Assembly: GCA_964384235.1 (NCBI GenBank) | Contig: CAYLJX010000001.1 | Coordinates: 241,709 to 305,708 of the forward strand | DNA: 64,000 nt | Source of the DNA: an uncultured Bdellovibrionales bacterium | Lineage (GTDB): Bacteria > Patescibacteriota > Minisyncoccia > Moranbacterales > UBA1568 | Reading direction: 5' to 3' | In this document: positions 56,316-64,000 of the stretch, piece by piece | How the letters are laid out: every line of letters begins with the position of its first letter | Numbering within the stretch: position 1 is the stretch's first letter | The notes under the pieces: model-generated | What the model was told of the DNA's origin: nothing | Seen by the model: only the letters and a program-made list of their open reading frames with translations | Database searches by the model: none | Made by a program: the position numbers and the translations under genes

Positions 56316-58444
56316 AGGGTCTCGTCGGTATCAGGTTCGGCCGGTTCTTCCTCAGCTTTCTTGGCATCACGCTTGGCGGCCTCCTGCCGGTAGTATTTTT
56401 CCTCCGCAGCTACGGGATCGTTTTTATAGATCTTCATGAAGTTCTTGGTCCGGCCGTCGATCACGTACTGCCACTCGGTGCCGACCTTCTCATACGGGAA
56501 CTTCGGATTGAGCGATCCGCCGTAGGACTGGAAGATATAGTCTACCTTGTACTTGGTCACGTCGACCTTGGTCTTGTGGATACACTTCCCCACGAAGAAC
56601 TCGCAGACGCCGTGCGTGTCCGTCCAGAGCGTGAGCTCCTTGGCATTCGGCTTCTGGTTGAGGTGTTCGGCGATCTCATACCCGCCGTAGCCCCAGGAAT
56701 GCATGATGAGGTATTTCTTTGGCAGGAAATCGTTCACATAGACGAAGAAGTGCGGGGAAGCCTGGATGAGGAACACGATTCCCGATCCGAGGATGACAAA
56801 GGAAAGAAACGTCGTCCCAATACGCGTGAAGACCGGATGTTTCGCGACATATCGTACGACCAGTCTGCCGATGAAAAAGCTGAAGACCGCCACCGCTATG
56901 ACACCCGACGCCACGAGAAACCAATACTGATCGGAAAAGTCCTTCCACCAGGTGATCTGCTTGCGGGTGAGCTGCTGATGCCAGAAGAACGCGGCGACCG
57001 AGACCGGCACGAACAGCACCGCGAGCGTCGAGAGGAGCGTGACCGCGCGACGTTTCCCGAGATCCGAGGCAGTGTCCTCTTTCCTGAGATAGGCAGAGAG
57101 ACCGATCGCGGCCAGCGTGAGCGCGACAGGGAACAGGATGATACTGTAGCGGGCCGTGACGAGGAGCCCCTGCTCGATGACCGCCAGGTAGAAGACCAGC
57201 ATGAACCCGGAGAGTGTCATCGCAAGCAGTCGCTCCCGAAACCCGACGAAGATACCGTAGACGAAGGAGGCGATCAGGAGGAACAAGGAGAGCGGCGTCA
57301 GCGAAAACGTGAGCGCGACGAACTCGACGGCGAAACGCGCCAGGAACGGATTTTCCGTCGTAAAGGTCTCCTTGGTCTTGGCATCGAACGGGATGTCGGA
57401 GAGATCGTAAAGGTTGTTCCCGAGCATCCAATTGAAGAGGACGAATACGACCGCGAGACAGAGGATCGCGTAGAGCGCCTGTTCGACAGGCCGTCTCAAC
57501 ACGACGAGCGCCCCCAGTACCCGTGTCAGCAGACGACCCTTAAAGAAAAACACGTCGGCAAGCAGGAGCATGTGACTCGCGACGACCGCGAGAAAGATCG
57601 GCCACATACCGCCGAAGCCGATGGTGCTCTCAAAGAAAAGCTCCGGGTCGGTGAAGACCGCCGGCATAAGGACCGCGAAGATCGTCCCGCCGCCGAGAAG
57701 TACCGTCCAATAGGACAGAACGTCCCGTTTCACGGCACGGGCGAGCATTCCTTCCTCCGCCGAGTACTCCTCGAAACGGTAGAAGTAATCCAAGAGCATC
57801 ATGACGAAAAAGAACGGGATGAAGATCACGGCGACGTACTTGCTCGCAAGCGCCAAACCGAAGAACAGCGTGGCAAGGACGACATACCGCCACTCCCGGA
57901 ATTTCAGGGTCGCGAAGAACGTACAAAGGGTCGCGAATCCGAACGTCCAGAAGAGCGTATCCGGATTGACGATCTGCGAGATGCCGAGAAGCACCGGCGA
58001 GAGGTACATGAGCATCGATGCCCAGGCCGCGACCCACTCGTCCGCGACGATCTTCCGGAGAATCCAGAAGAAGTAGAGGATCATCAGACCATTGAGCAGG
58101 AAGAGCGGGAGACGGAAACGGAAATTGATAGCCTTGGTCTTCTCGGGATCGAACATCTTGAAAGTGCCGTCGTGTGAGACGAGCTGCTCGCGGATGAGAT
58201 CCTGCGAAAAGGGAAGCGCGATACCGGAGACGTAGGCGAGCGTGATACCGGGCTTATCATTGATACGGGTGTCCTCCCAGTCGCGATCGGCTACGGCTTC
58301 CCAATAATCCTGGATGCGCTCCGTACCGTAATTGGGCAGCCAGAAATGCTCGTCCGCCGTGACAAAGTTCGAGAGCGTCGAAAGACCGAAGGAAAGATAC
58401 GTGAGAAACGCCAAAAAGACAAAAAAAATCGGCTTTTTCAGCAT
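56312..58444 (-). CDS. GT-C glycosyltransferase, ArnT/PMT-like paralog
   Basis: FVTADEHFWLPNYG DE motif. Same architecture and a similar C-terminal domain (HSWGYGGYE..., ...FFVGKC) as the neighbouring paralog. Start at MLKKPIFF, an internal Met of ORF 56312..58579. Confidence 0.65.
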   Translation of the reverse strand: MLKKPIFFVFLAFLTYLSFGLSTLSNFVTADEHFWLPNYGTERIQDYWEAVADRDWEDTRINDKPGITLAYVSGIALPFSQDLIREQLVSHDGTFKMFDPEKTKAINFRFRLPLFLLNGLMILYFFWILRKIVADEWVAAWASMLMYLSPVLLGISQIVNPDTLFWTFGFATLCTFFATLKFREWRYVVLATLFFGLALASKYVAVIFIPFFFVMMLLDYFYRFEEYSAEEGMLARAVKRDVLSYWTVLLGGGTIFAVLMPAVFTDPELFFESTIGFGGMWPIFLAVVASHMLLLADVFFFKGRLLTRVLGALVVLRRPVEQALYAILCLAVVFVLFNWMLGNNLYDLSDIPFDAKTKETFTTENPFLARFAVEFVALTFSLTPLSLFLLIASFVYGIFVGFRERLLAMTLSGFMLVFYLAVIEQGLLVTARYSIILFPVALTLAAIGLSAYLRKEDTASDLGKRRAVTLLSTLAVLFVPVSVAAFFWHQQLTRKQITWWKDFSDQYWFLVASGVIAVAVFSFFIGRLVVRYVAKHPVFTRIGTTFLSFVILGSGIVFLIQASPHFFVYVNDFLPKKYLIMHSWGYGGYEIAEHLNQKPNAKELTLWTDTHGVCEFFVGKCIHKTKVDVTKYKVDYIFQSYGGSLNPKFPYEKVGTEWQYVIDGRTKNFMKIYKNDPVAAEEKYYRQEAAKRDAKKAEEEPAEPDTDETL

Positions 58445-58520
58445 ATTTTGAGACAATTCGATAGCTCCAGTGTAGCAAAAAATCACCCTCTTTGTCCACC
58501 AGGGTGCTATACTGAATCCG

Positions 58521-59951
58521 ATGGACCAACAACCCCAAAAAAAGAGTTTCCGTCTTGAACAGATCATCGGGTATCTCAAGAAGCTTGTTCAGACCGTCCC
58601 GAATGAGAAACAGCGGTTCCGGGCTGTCATTTTCTTCCTTACCGTGGCTGTCCTCCTGACCGCCCTGCACCTTTCCCGCTACCCCGTCGCGAGTTTCTTC
58701 GAGAAAAAGATTCTCTACTATTCCATCCTCTCTTCCGTGCAGCCGCCGACGTTTCCTGACCGGCGCTGCGTCATCTCCGACTACGGTGCCGTCCCCGGTG
58801 GCAAGACGAAAAATACCGAGGCGTTCAGGGCGGCCTTCGAGGATTGCTCCCGAAACGGCGGAGGACACGTCATCGTTCCCGAAGGGCTGTGGCTTACCGG
58901 AGCCATCCACTTCCGGGACAACATCGACTTCCATCTCGAGGAAGGCTCCGAGATCATCTGGAGCGACAAGCGAAGCGACTATCTCCCGGTCGTCTTCTCC
59001 CGTTTCCAGGGCATGGAATACTACAATTACTCTCCCCTTTTGTACGGAAACGGCGTCCGCAACGTGGCGATCACCGGCGAAGGGACGCTTAACGGCGACG
59101 GCGACAAGTGGCTCGATTGGGACGATGACGACAGAGGAAGGGATCGGCTGTACAAGATGGCCGAGCAGGGCGTACCCGTCGAGGAACGGGTGTTCGGCGA
59201 AAGGGACAACATGCGGCCGTCTTTCATCCAGTTCATCAACAGTCAGAACCTCCTCATAGAAAATATCCACATCAAGAACAGTCCTTTCTGGACTATCCAC
59301 CCCATCTATTCCGAGAACATCATTATCCGAAACATCACCCTCGAGAATGACGGACAGAACACGGACGGCGTCGATATCGATTCTTCCCGTAATGTCCTCA
59401 TCGAGAACTCGCACTTCTCCGCCGACGATGACAGCATCGCCATCAAGTCCGGCCTGGAAAAAGACGGCTGGCGCGTGAACAAGCCGTCGGAAAACATCCT
59501 CATCAGAAACTCCACCATGACCAAGGGGCACTCCGGCGTCGCCATCGGGAGTGAGATGTCAGGCGGCGTCCGGAACGTCATCATCACGGACAATACCTTC
59601 ATCGATACCGACGGCGGGTTCAAGATCAAGTCGCTCCCCGGACGGGGCGGAGTGGTGGAAAATATCTGGCTCTCCGATACCGAGATGTCGCTGGTTCCGA
59701 TCGGTATCTCGTTTGATATGGCCTATGCCTCCGGTATCCGGGGAAAGAACGACGACGAGCCGGTCTTTCGCAACATCCTCATTTCCGATATCCGGATGAG
59801 CGGCGTGACGAGGTACAGCCTCTTCGTCCACGCCCTCGGCAACGAGTCGGTCTCCGGTATCGATGTCACCAACCTCCGGTCGGACTACCCCAAGGCATCC
59901 ATCCGGAAAACCGACGGTGTCCGCATCACCCGCTCCACTATCGATCAGTGA
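58521..59951 (+). CDS. Glycoside hydrolase family 28-like beta-helix protein (polygalacturonase-like) with N-terminal membrane anchor
   Basis: NTDGVDIDSSRNVLIENSHFSADDDSIAIKSG and GHSGVAIGSE motifs match the GH28 active-site region. TM helix near residue 35. Confidence 0.7.
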   Translation: MDQQPQKKSFRLEQIIGYLKKLVQTVPNEKQRFRAVIFFLTVAVLLTALHLSRYPVASFFEKKILYYSILSSVQPPTFPDRRCVISDYGAVPGGKTKNTEAFRAAFEDCSRNGGGHVIVPEGLWLTGAIHFRDNIDFHLEEGSEIIWSDKRSDYLPVVFSRFQGMEYYNYSPLLYGNGVRNVAITGEGTLNGDGDKWLDWDDDDRGRDRLYKMAEQGVPVEERVFGERDNMRPSFIQFINSQNLLIENIHIKNSPFWTIHPIYSENIIIRNITLENDGQNTDGVDIDSSRNVLIENSHFSADDDSIAIKSGLEKDGWRVNKPSENILIRNSTMTKGHSGVAIGSEMSGGVRNVIITDNTFIDTDGGFKIKSLPGRGGVVENIWLSDTEMSLVPIGISFDMAYASGIRGKNDDEPVFRNILISDIRMSGVTRYSLFVHALGNESVSGIDVTNLRSDYPKASIRKTDGVRITRSTIDQ

Positions 59952-59965
59952 ATCAAATAAAAGTT

Positions 59966-61525
59966 TTACCAGCGGTAGGCTTTGGCTGCCCCACGTATAG
60001 CGCTCACGTCCGTTTCCTGCATATTTTCCTTTATGTAAGAAAGCGTTTCCTTGGTCAGGAACTGCTGATCGTTGTCGAAGAGGACCACCCAGCCGCTCGG
60101 GTACTCGTTCATGAGCGCCTGCAACTCGGAGAGTCGGACATCATGATCGGCCCGCTCGCCGCCGAAGTCATACACCTTGAGACGGGCATCTTTGAGATAA
60201 AAATTCCTGAAGTTTCGCGTCACGATGAGGTCGTCTTTCGCAGCATGTTTCTTCACATAGGCGAGCGCCTTGCGGTAATCAGCGATCTCGCTGTTGCCGC
60301 GGTGATACGTCGTGTCCTCCTCGGTGAAAAAGTACCCATACTGGGGAAGAAACAGGAGCAACAAGAAAAGCGATCCGGCAAACGCGTGTTTGGAAAAATG
60401 TTTCAGGTTTTCCTCAAAGAACTTCCCCACGGCATAGATACCGACAGAAACGAGGATGATGAGGAATGATTGGATGAAGAACACGTACTGGATCCCCTGG
60501 GTGCGCTTCCAGAGGAACGCCGCCATGAGGAGCGGTACGAAAAAGGAGAGACTGAGCCACCAGGCTTCTTTTGATCGGCCTTCCCGAACGGCGAGGAAAC
60601 GTATTCCTGTGACGAGAAGAAGCACCCCGAGGAGCGGGTGGGAATAGTCACGAAACGCCCGGAGGAGATACTCCTGGTTGTCGATGAAAAATTTGAGCGA
60701 GGCGGTGAACAGTTCAATCATCTGCGGGGCCACGACCCACAGACCGACCGCTCCGAGGACGGAAAGACCCAAGAATACGACGTATTTGTTCGAGAATGAT
60801 CGGTGTTTCCGAAAAAGAACCGCCGCCATTACCAGCACGTATATGAAAAAGACCGGGGCCAGATTGACGGTCAGGAGCTGCAGATGGTAACTGAGCGCCG
60901 CAAGCGGAAGCAAAAGAAAAATCAGGAGCGGCTGCACGCCTGTCTGTTTGGAAAGCTTCCGAAGCCACGTCACGCTCCCCTCGTATTTCCCTTCCAAAAA
61001 CCGGAAGAGTGCCCAGGACAACGCCAGATACACCGGATAGAACATCGCGTACATGCGCAGTTTCCGGTCGAACTCGATGCCGGTGATACTCACCGCAAAG
61101 AGAAACGCGCCAATGAGAGCGATGATCCTGTTCCCCGTAAACGAGCGCGTGACGAAGTACATGAGGACGATCGCTATGAGACCCCACAATGCGCTCACGG
61201 AGCGCCCGACTGTTTCGTTCACACCGAAGTATTGGAAGAATGTGGCGACTTGCAACCGATAGAACCACGAACGTTCGTCCCGTGGCGGATAGACATCAAT
61301 CGCATCAGGAGCACCCTGATTGAAATCCCAGGCCTGCCAATGACTGGTCTGTGCGTATCCGTAGGAGGCATTGAGATCGATGAATTCGTCCGCAACGAAG
61401 GAGTTGCTGTCGAGATCCCAAAAACGCAAACCAGCCCCGACCAAGACGATCAGGACAAGCGTCACCGCCACCGTCAGTTTCTTCTTCTCCAACCAGAAAA
61501 GCACTTCTTTCAATCGCCGCATCAT
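59966..61525 (-). CDS. GT-C glycosyltransferase, ArnT/PMT-like third paralog
   Basis: RFWDLDSNSFVADEFIDLN DE motif, about 11 TM helices and a C-terminal soluble domain. Confidence 0.65.
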   Translation of the reverse strand: MMRRLKEVLFWLEKKKLTVAVTLVLIVLVGAGLRFWDLDSNSFVADEFIDLNASYGYAQTSHWQAWDFNQGAPDAIDVYPPRDERSWFYRLQVATFFQYFGVNETVGRSVSALWGLIAIVLMYFVTRSFTGNRIIALIGAFLFAVSITGIEFDRKLRMYAMFYPVYLALSWALFRFLEGKYEGSVTWLRKLSKQTGVQPLLIFLLLPLAALSYHLQLLTVNLAPVFFIYVLVMAAVLFRKHRSFSNKYVVFLGLSVLGAVGLWVVAPQMIELFTASLKFFIDNQEYLLRAFRDYSHPLLGVLLLVTGIRFLAVREGRSKEAWWLSLSFFVPLLMAAFLWKRTQGIQYVFFIQSFLIILVSVGIYAVGKFFEENLKHFSKHAFAGSLFLLLLFLPQYGYFFTEEDTTYHRGNSEIADYRKALAYVKKHAAKDDLIVTRNFRNFYLKDARLKVYDFGGERADHDVRLSELQALMNEYPSGWVVLFDNDQQFLTKETLSYIKENMQETDVSAIRGAAKAYRW

Positions 61526-61637
61526 ACGTGTTTCATATCATCCTTTCTCCCCTATTATACACAAAAACCGTCATACAAAGAAGTTGTCCGTAGCCGAAAA
61601 AAACGGTACAATACCACCGTAACAGAGCTTTCTTTTC

Positions 61638-62972
61638 ATGCTTGATCTCACCAAAAATCTCTCTCTGGAAGCCTCATCCAGAAAAGCATATCGGGTACTT
61701 CGCGTCGTCTTGTACGTCGTTCTGGTAGCCGCGGCGGTCGCGGTGACCATTCGTTTCATCTTTCCCGACCGTGACAAATACTTCGACTTCCGCATCTATT
61801 TCGGACCGAAAAACACCATCGCCGATCCCCGGTTCGCGACCACCGGAAAACCCGTAGAAAAAGGTGTCGTTCCCGAACAACAGACGATGTTCTTCAACGC
61901 TTCCGTTCTCGGTTCCTTTTCGACCATCCAGGTCGATATGGCCGTATCGGACCAGGTGACGCCCGCAGAAAACGGCACCCTTTCCGTCATCCGGGCCTAC
62001 CGGGCCTTTCTCTATCCCGACGGCGAACCGGTCACCTTTCGCGACGGTACACTCCTCACCGACGGCTCGCGTTTCCTCATCAAATCAGGCGATACGCTCC
62101 GACCCTTCGTGTCGTGGAATATCGCCGAGCAGATGGGCTTCAGACAGGAACAGTTCCTCTCCGTGGAACCCGCCGAACTGATCCGTGAAACCCCTGGTAC
62201 CCCCGTCACCGATCCCGGAGAAACACTTGAGGATATCGTATTCACGGTCCAAGGAAACTATTATCAGATCAGAGACAATCGATCGGTACCGTTCGTGAGC
62301 GAGCGCGCGTATTTCTCCCGATTCAAGGAAGGAAACGCTTTGGAAACAGACGAATCGATACTCTCTCGATTCCCCGTGAGTGATACGATGACCGGTTTCC
62401 TTGACGGCACACTTCTTTCCTACGGCGAGTCCGTCTACGTCGTCGAGGGAGAGACACTGCGACCCATCGACAGTGTCGATACCTTCCTCATCAAAGGCTA
62501 CCAGTGGCCCTCCGTCATCGCGGCCACCGGTGAAGAATTCGGCATGTACACGCGCGGCAAACTCTACACCCTCCAGCAGCCCCATCCAAACGGCACCCTG
62601 TTCCACCTCAAGGACAGCAACCGATATTACCTCGTTGAGAACGGAACAAAAAGAGAGGTTTCTGGGAACGATCTCTCAACTCAATACGCCGCCATCACAC
62701 CCGTCGATATCGAAACTTCACCTGAACCGGAAACCTGCACGCTCGTCCTTCGTCGTTTCCTTCTGTCAAAGTCGTATGGATGCGAGATTCCCCTGCAGAG
62801 ATTCGGAAACACGACGATCAACGAATATCAGTTCACCCTCACCCCGGACAAGCAGATGACACTCCAGGACCTCACGACGAATTTCGTGAGTCATGTGAAC
62901 CGCGAAAACTATCAATACTTCATGAACGAACTGAAAACCAAGCTCCTCACCCGCTACGGAACCACCCCCTAG
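61638..62972 (+). CDS. Hypothetical signal-anchored extracytoplasmic protein (444 aa)
   Basis: One N-terminal TM helix. No family recognised. Confidence 0.45.
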   Translation: MLDLTKNLSLEASSRKAYRVLRVVLYVVLVAAAVAVTIRFIFPDRDKYFDFRIYFGPKNTIADPRFATTGKPVEKGVVPEQQTMFFNASVLGSFSTIQVDMAVSDQVTPAENGTLSVIRAYRAFLYPDGEPVTFRDGTLLTDGSRFLIKSGDTLRPFVSWNIAEQMGFRQEQFLSVEPAELIRETPGTPVTDPGETLEDIVFTVQGNYYQIRDNRSVPFVSERAYFSRFKEGNALETDESILSRFPVSDTMTGFLDGTLLSYGESVYVVEGETLRPIDSVDTFLIKGYQWPSVIAATGEEFGMYTRGKLYTLQQPHPNGTLFHLKDSNRYYLVENGTKREVSGNDLSTQYAAITPVDIETSPEPETCTLVLRRFLLSKSYGCEIPLQRFGNTTINEYQFTLTPDKQMTLQDLTTNFVSHVNRENYQYFMNELKTKLLTRYGTTP

Positions 62973-62975
62973 CCT

Positions 62976-63395
62976 ATGCGATTCGACCGATCCATCATGA
63001 GACAATCCGCCGTCATCACCTACAAGCTCGTCGCCGAAGTCCTGTTTTGGGTGCTCGTGGCGACCGCCCTCTTCTTCGTCGCGGAGGCCGTTCTTCCCGG
63101 CTTCGTCTCCAGCCGGATCAACTTCTCGACGTTCTACCTCGTCCTCATCGCCACGATACTCCCGCTCATCCTCCTCCGACCGCTTCTTCCTGAGACAGAA
63201 AAAGAGCTTTCGGAAAACCAGACGTGGAGCAACAAAACGGTATTGATCGTAAGTCTCCTCGTCACGCTTCTCCTCGCAAACGACATGCACGGCCTCTCCC
63301 TCCTTGCAAGCACCGCCTCGCTCCTCTCCATATTCTTCGTCACGTTCTTTCTTCTTTCCTTCCTCTTTTCCAGGAACGAAAAAAGCACCTGGTAG
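62976..63395 (+). CDS. Hypothetical small membrane protein (139 aa)
   Basis: Three to four hydrophobic helices. Confidence 0.35.
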   Translation: MRFDRSIMRQSAVITYKLVAEVLFWVLVATALFFVAEAVLPGFVSSRINFSTFYLVLIATILPLILLRPLLPETEKELSENQTWSNKTVLIVSLLVTLLLANDMHGLSLLASTASLLSIFFVTFFLLSFLFSRNEKSTW

Positions 63396-63434
63396 GGCGC
63401 TCCATATAGTGAGACCAGAACACGGATACCTTTC

Positions 63435-64000
63435 CTAAACCGTGTCCTTCTCCTCGTAGTTCTCGATCTTTTCCAGTTCCGCTTCTTCGGCTTTGATGGC
63501 TTCGGCGGTTTGGAGGTCCTTTTTCTCGCGGAAGAAGAAGGGTGCGCCGAAAAGACTCGCGAACATCTGGAGGAACCGCCCAAGGAGCGCTACGGCGAGC
63601 GCCGCTTCCGGACTGATGCCGATAGTTGGGAAAAATGTCAGATAGGCCCACTCCTTGAGACCGATATTGTTGATCGAAACCGGGAGACTCGAGACGATGG
63701 AGAGGAGAAATACAACGGAAAGGAACGGTATGACCGGAACCGACTCATGGAACGCCGTGAAGAGCGTCAGGTTGAAGAGGCCGACACCGACGAAGGTAAA
63801 GAGGAGCGAGACCAGGAAACTCTCGAACACGAACCGCTTGTCCGTATAGCCGCTCATCTCGGAAAAGAAATTCTGCAGTTTCTCAGGAAACAAAGAAAAC
63901 AGTTTCTGGATCCACGCGCGATCGGAAAAGACCGTGAACAAAACATCGATGATCAGGAACGCCGCGAGACCGACAGCGAAGGGAACGAAAATCGGCTGCG
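63435..64000 (-). CDS. Polytopic membrane protein, partial (runs off the window end)
   Basis: The frame stays open and hydrophobic to position 64000 (..PIFVPFAVGLAAFLIIDV..). C-terminal charged tail. May be a flippase-like or MprF-like TM domain. Confidence 0.45.
   Translation of the reverse strand, partial: QPIFVPFAVGLAAFLIIDVLFTVFSDRAWIQKLFSLFPEKLQNFFSEMSGYTDKRFVFESFLVSLLFTFVGVGLFNLTLFTAFHESVPVIPFLSVVFLLSIVSSLPVSINNIGLKEWAYLTFFPTIGISPEAALAVALLGRFLQMFASLFGAPFFFREKKDLQTAEAIKAEEAELEKIENYEEKDTV

Noticed and set aside
56576-58177. 533-aa plus-strand ORF, highly charged (RE/RD repeats)
   Set aside because: Antisense to the ArnT-like paralog. The charged low-complexity sequence is the complement of a hydrophobic TM-rich CDS.

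Overview
This 64 kb window looks like a compact, roughly 58% GC bacterial chromosome segment with genes packed on both strands. Starts marked M in the ORF track are sometimes GTG or TTG, so I re-derived likely ATG starts from context; positions I counted from line labels may be off by 1-2 nt.

The first 37 kb is mostly housekeeping:
- Heat-shock operon hrcA-grpE-dnaK on the minus strand, with a CIRCE element. A second CIRCE sits upstream of a lone groES with no adjacent groEL.
- Translation, replication and metabolism: cysS, alaS (short form), dnaB, recR, rplU, rpmA, rplI, pyrG, queA, secA, hpf, eno, pgk, a PfkB kinase.
- Cell envelope and chromosome handling: mraY, a D-Ala-D-Ala carboxypeptidase, scpA, scpB.
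- An FtsA-like actin-fold ATPase followed by a large bitopic membrane protein.
- A candidate tRNA-Ala(CGC) next to a small island-like segment.

From about 37.8 kb to the window end there is a large cell-surface glycan locus:
- GT2 and GT4 glycosyltransferases, an LCP protein, a Wzy-like ligase/polymerase, a Wzx flippase and a UDP-sugar dehydrogenase.
- A DPM1-like and a GtrB-like polyprenyl-phosphate glycosyltransferase.
- At least three paralogous ArnT/PMT-like GT-C enzymes, plus a membrane-anchored GH28 beta-helix glycosidase.

No CRISPR array, rRNA, transposase or integrase is visible.

The most unusual signals are non-coding:
- Short tandem repeat arrays with a strict 7-nt (sometimes 8-nt) period recur. 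They fill SD-less 5' leaders directly upstream of the start codons of hrcA, dnaK, cysS, secA, the FtsA-like gene, the MFS gene and one GT4 gene.
- The same arrays occur as inverted pairs flanking intrinsic terminators (NNGTATC family).
- They also occur as in-frame 28-35 nt tracts inside a GT4 gene and the Wzy-like gene.
- A roughly 360-nt GC-rich structured region with its own terminator sits downstream of a small ORF at 44.05-44.41 kb; it may be an uncharacterised ncRNA or a structured 3' UTR.
- A roughly 200-nt imperfect palindrome lies at 29.55-29.75 kb.
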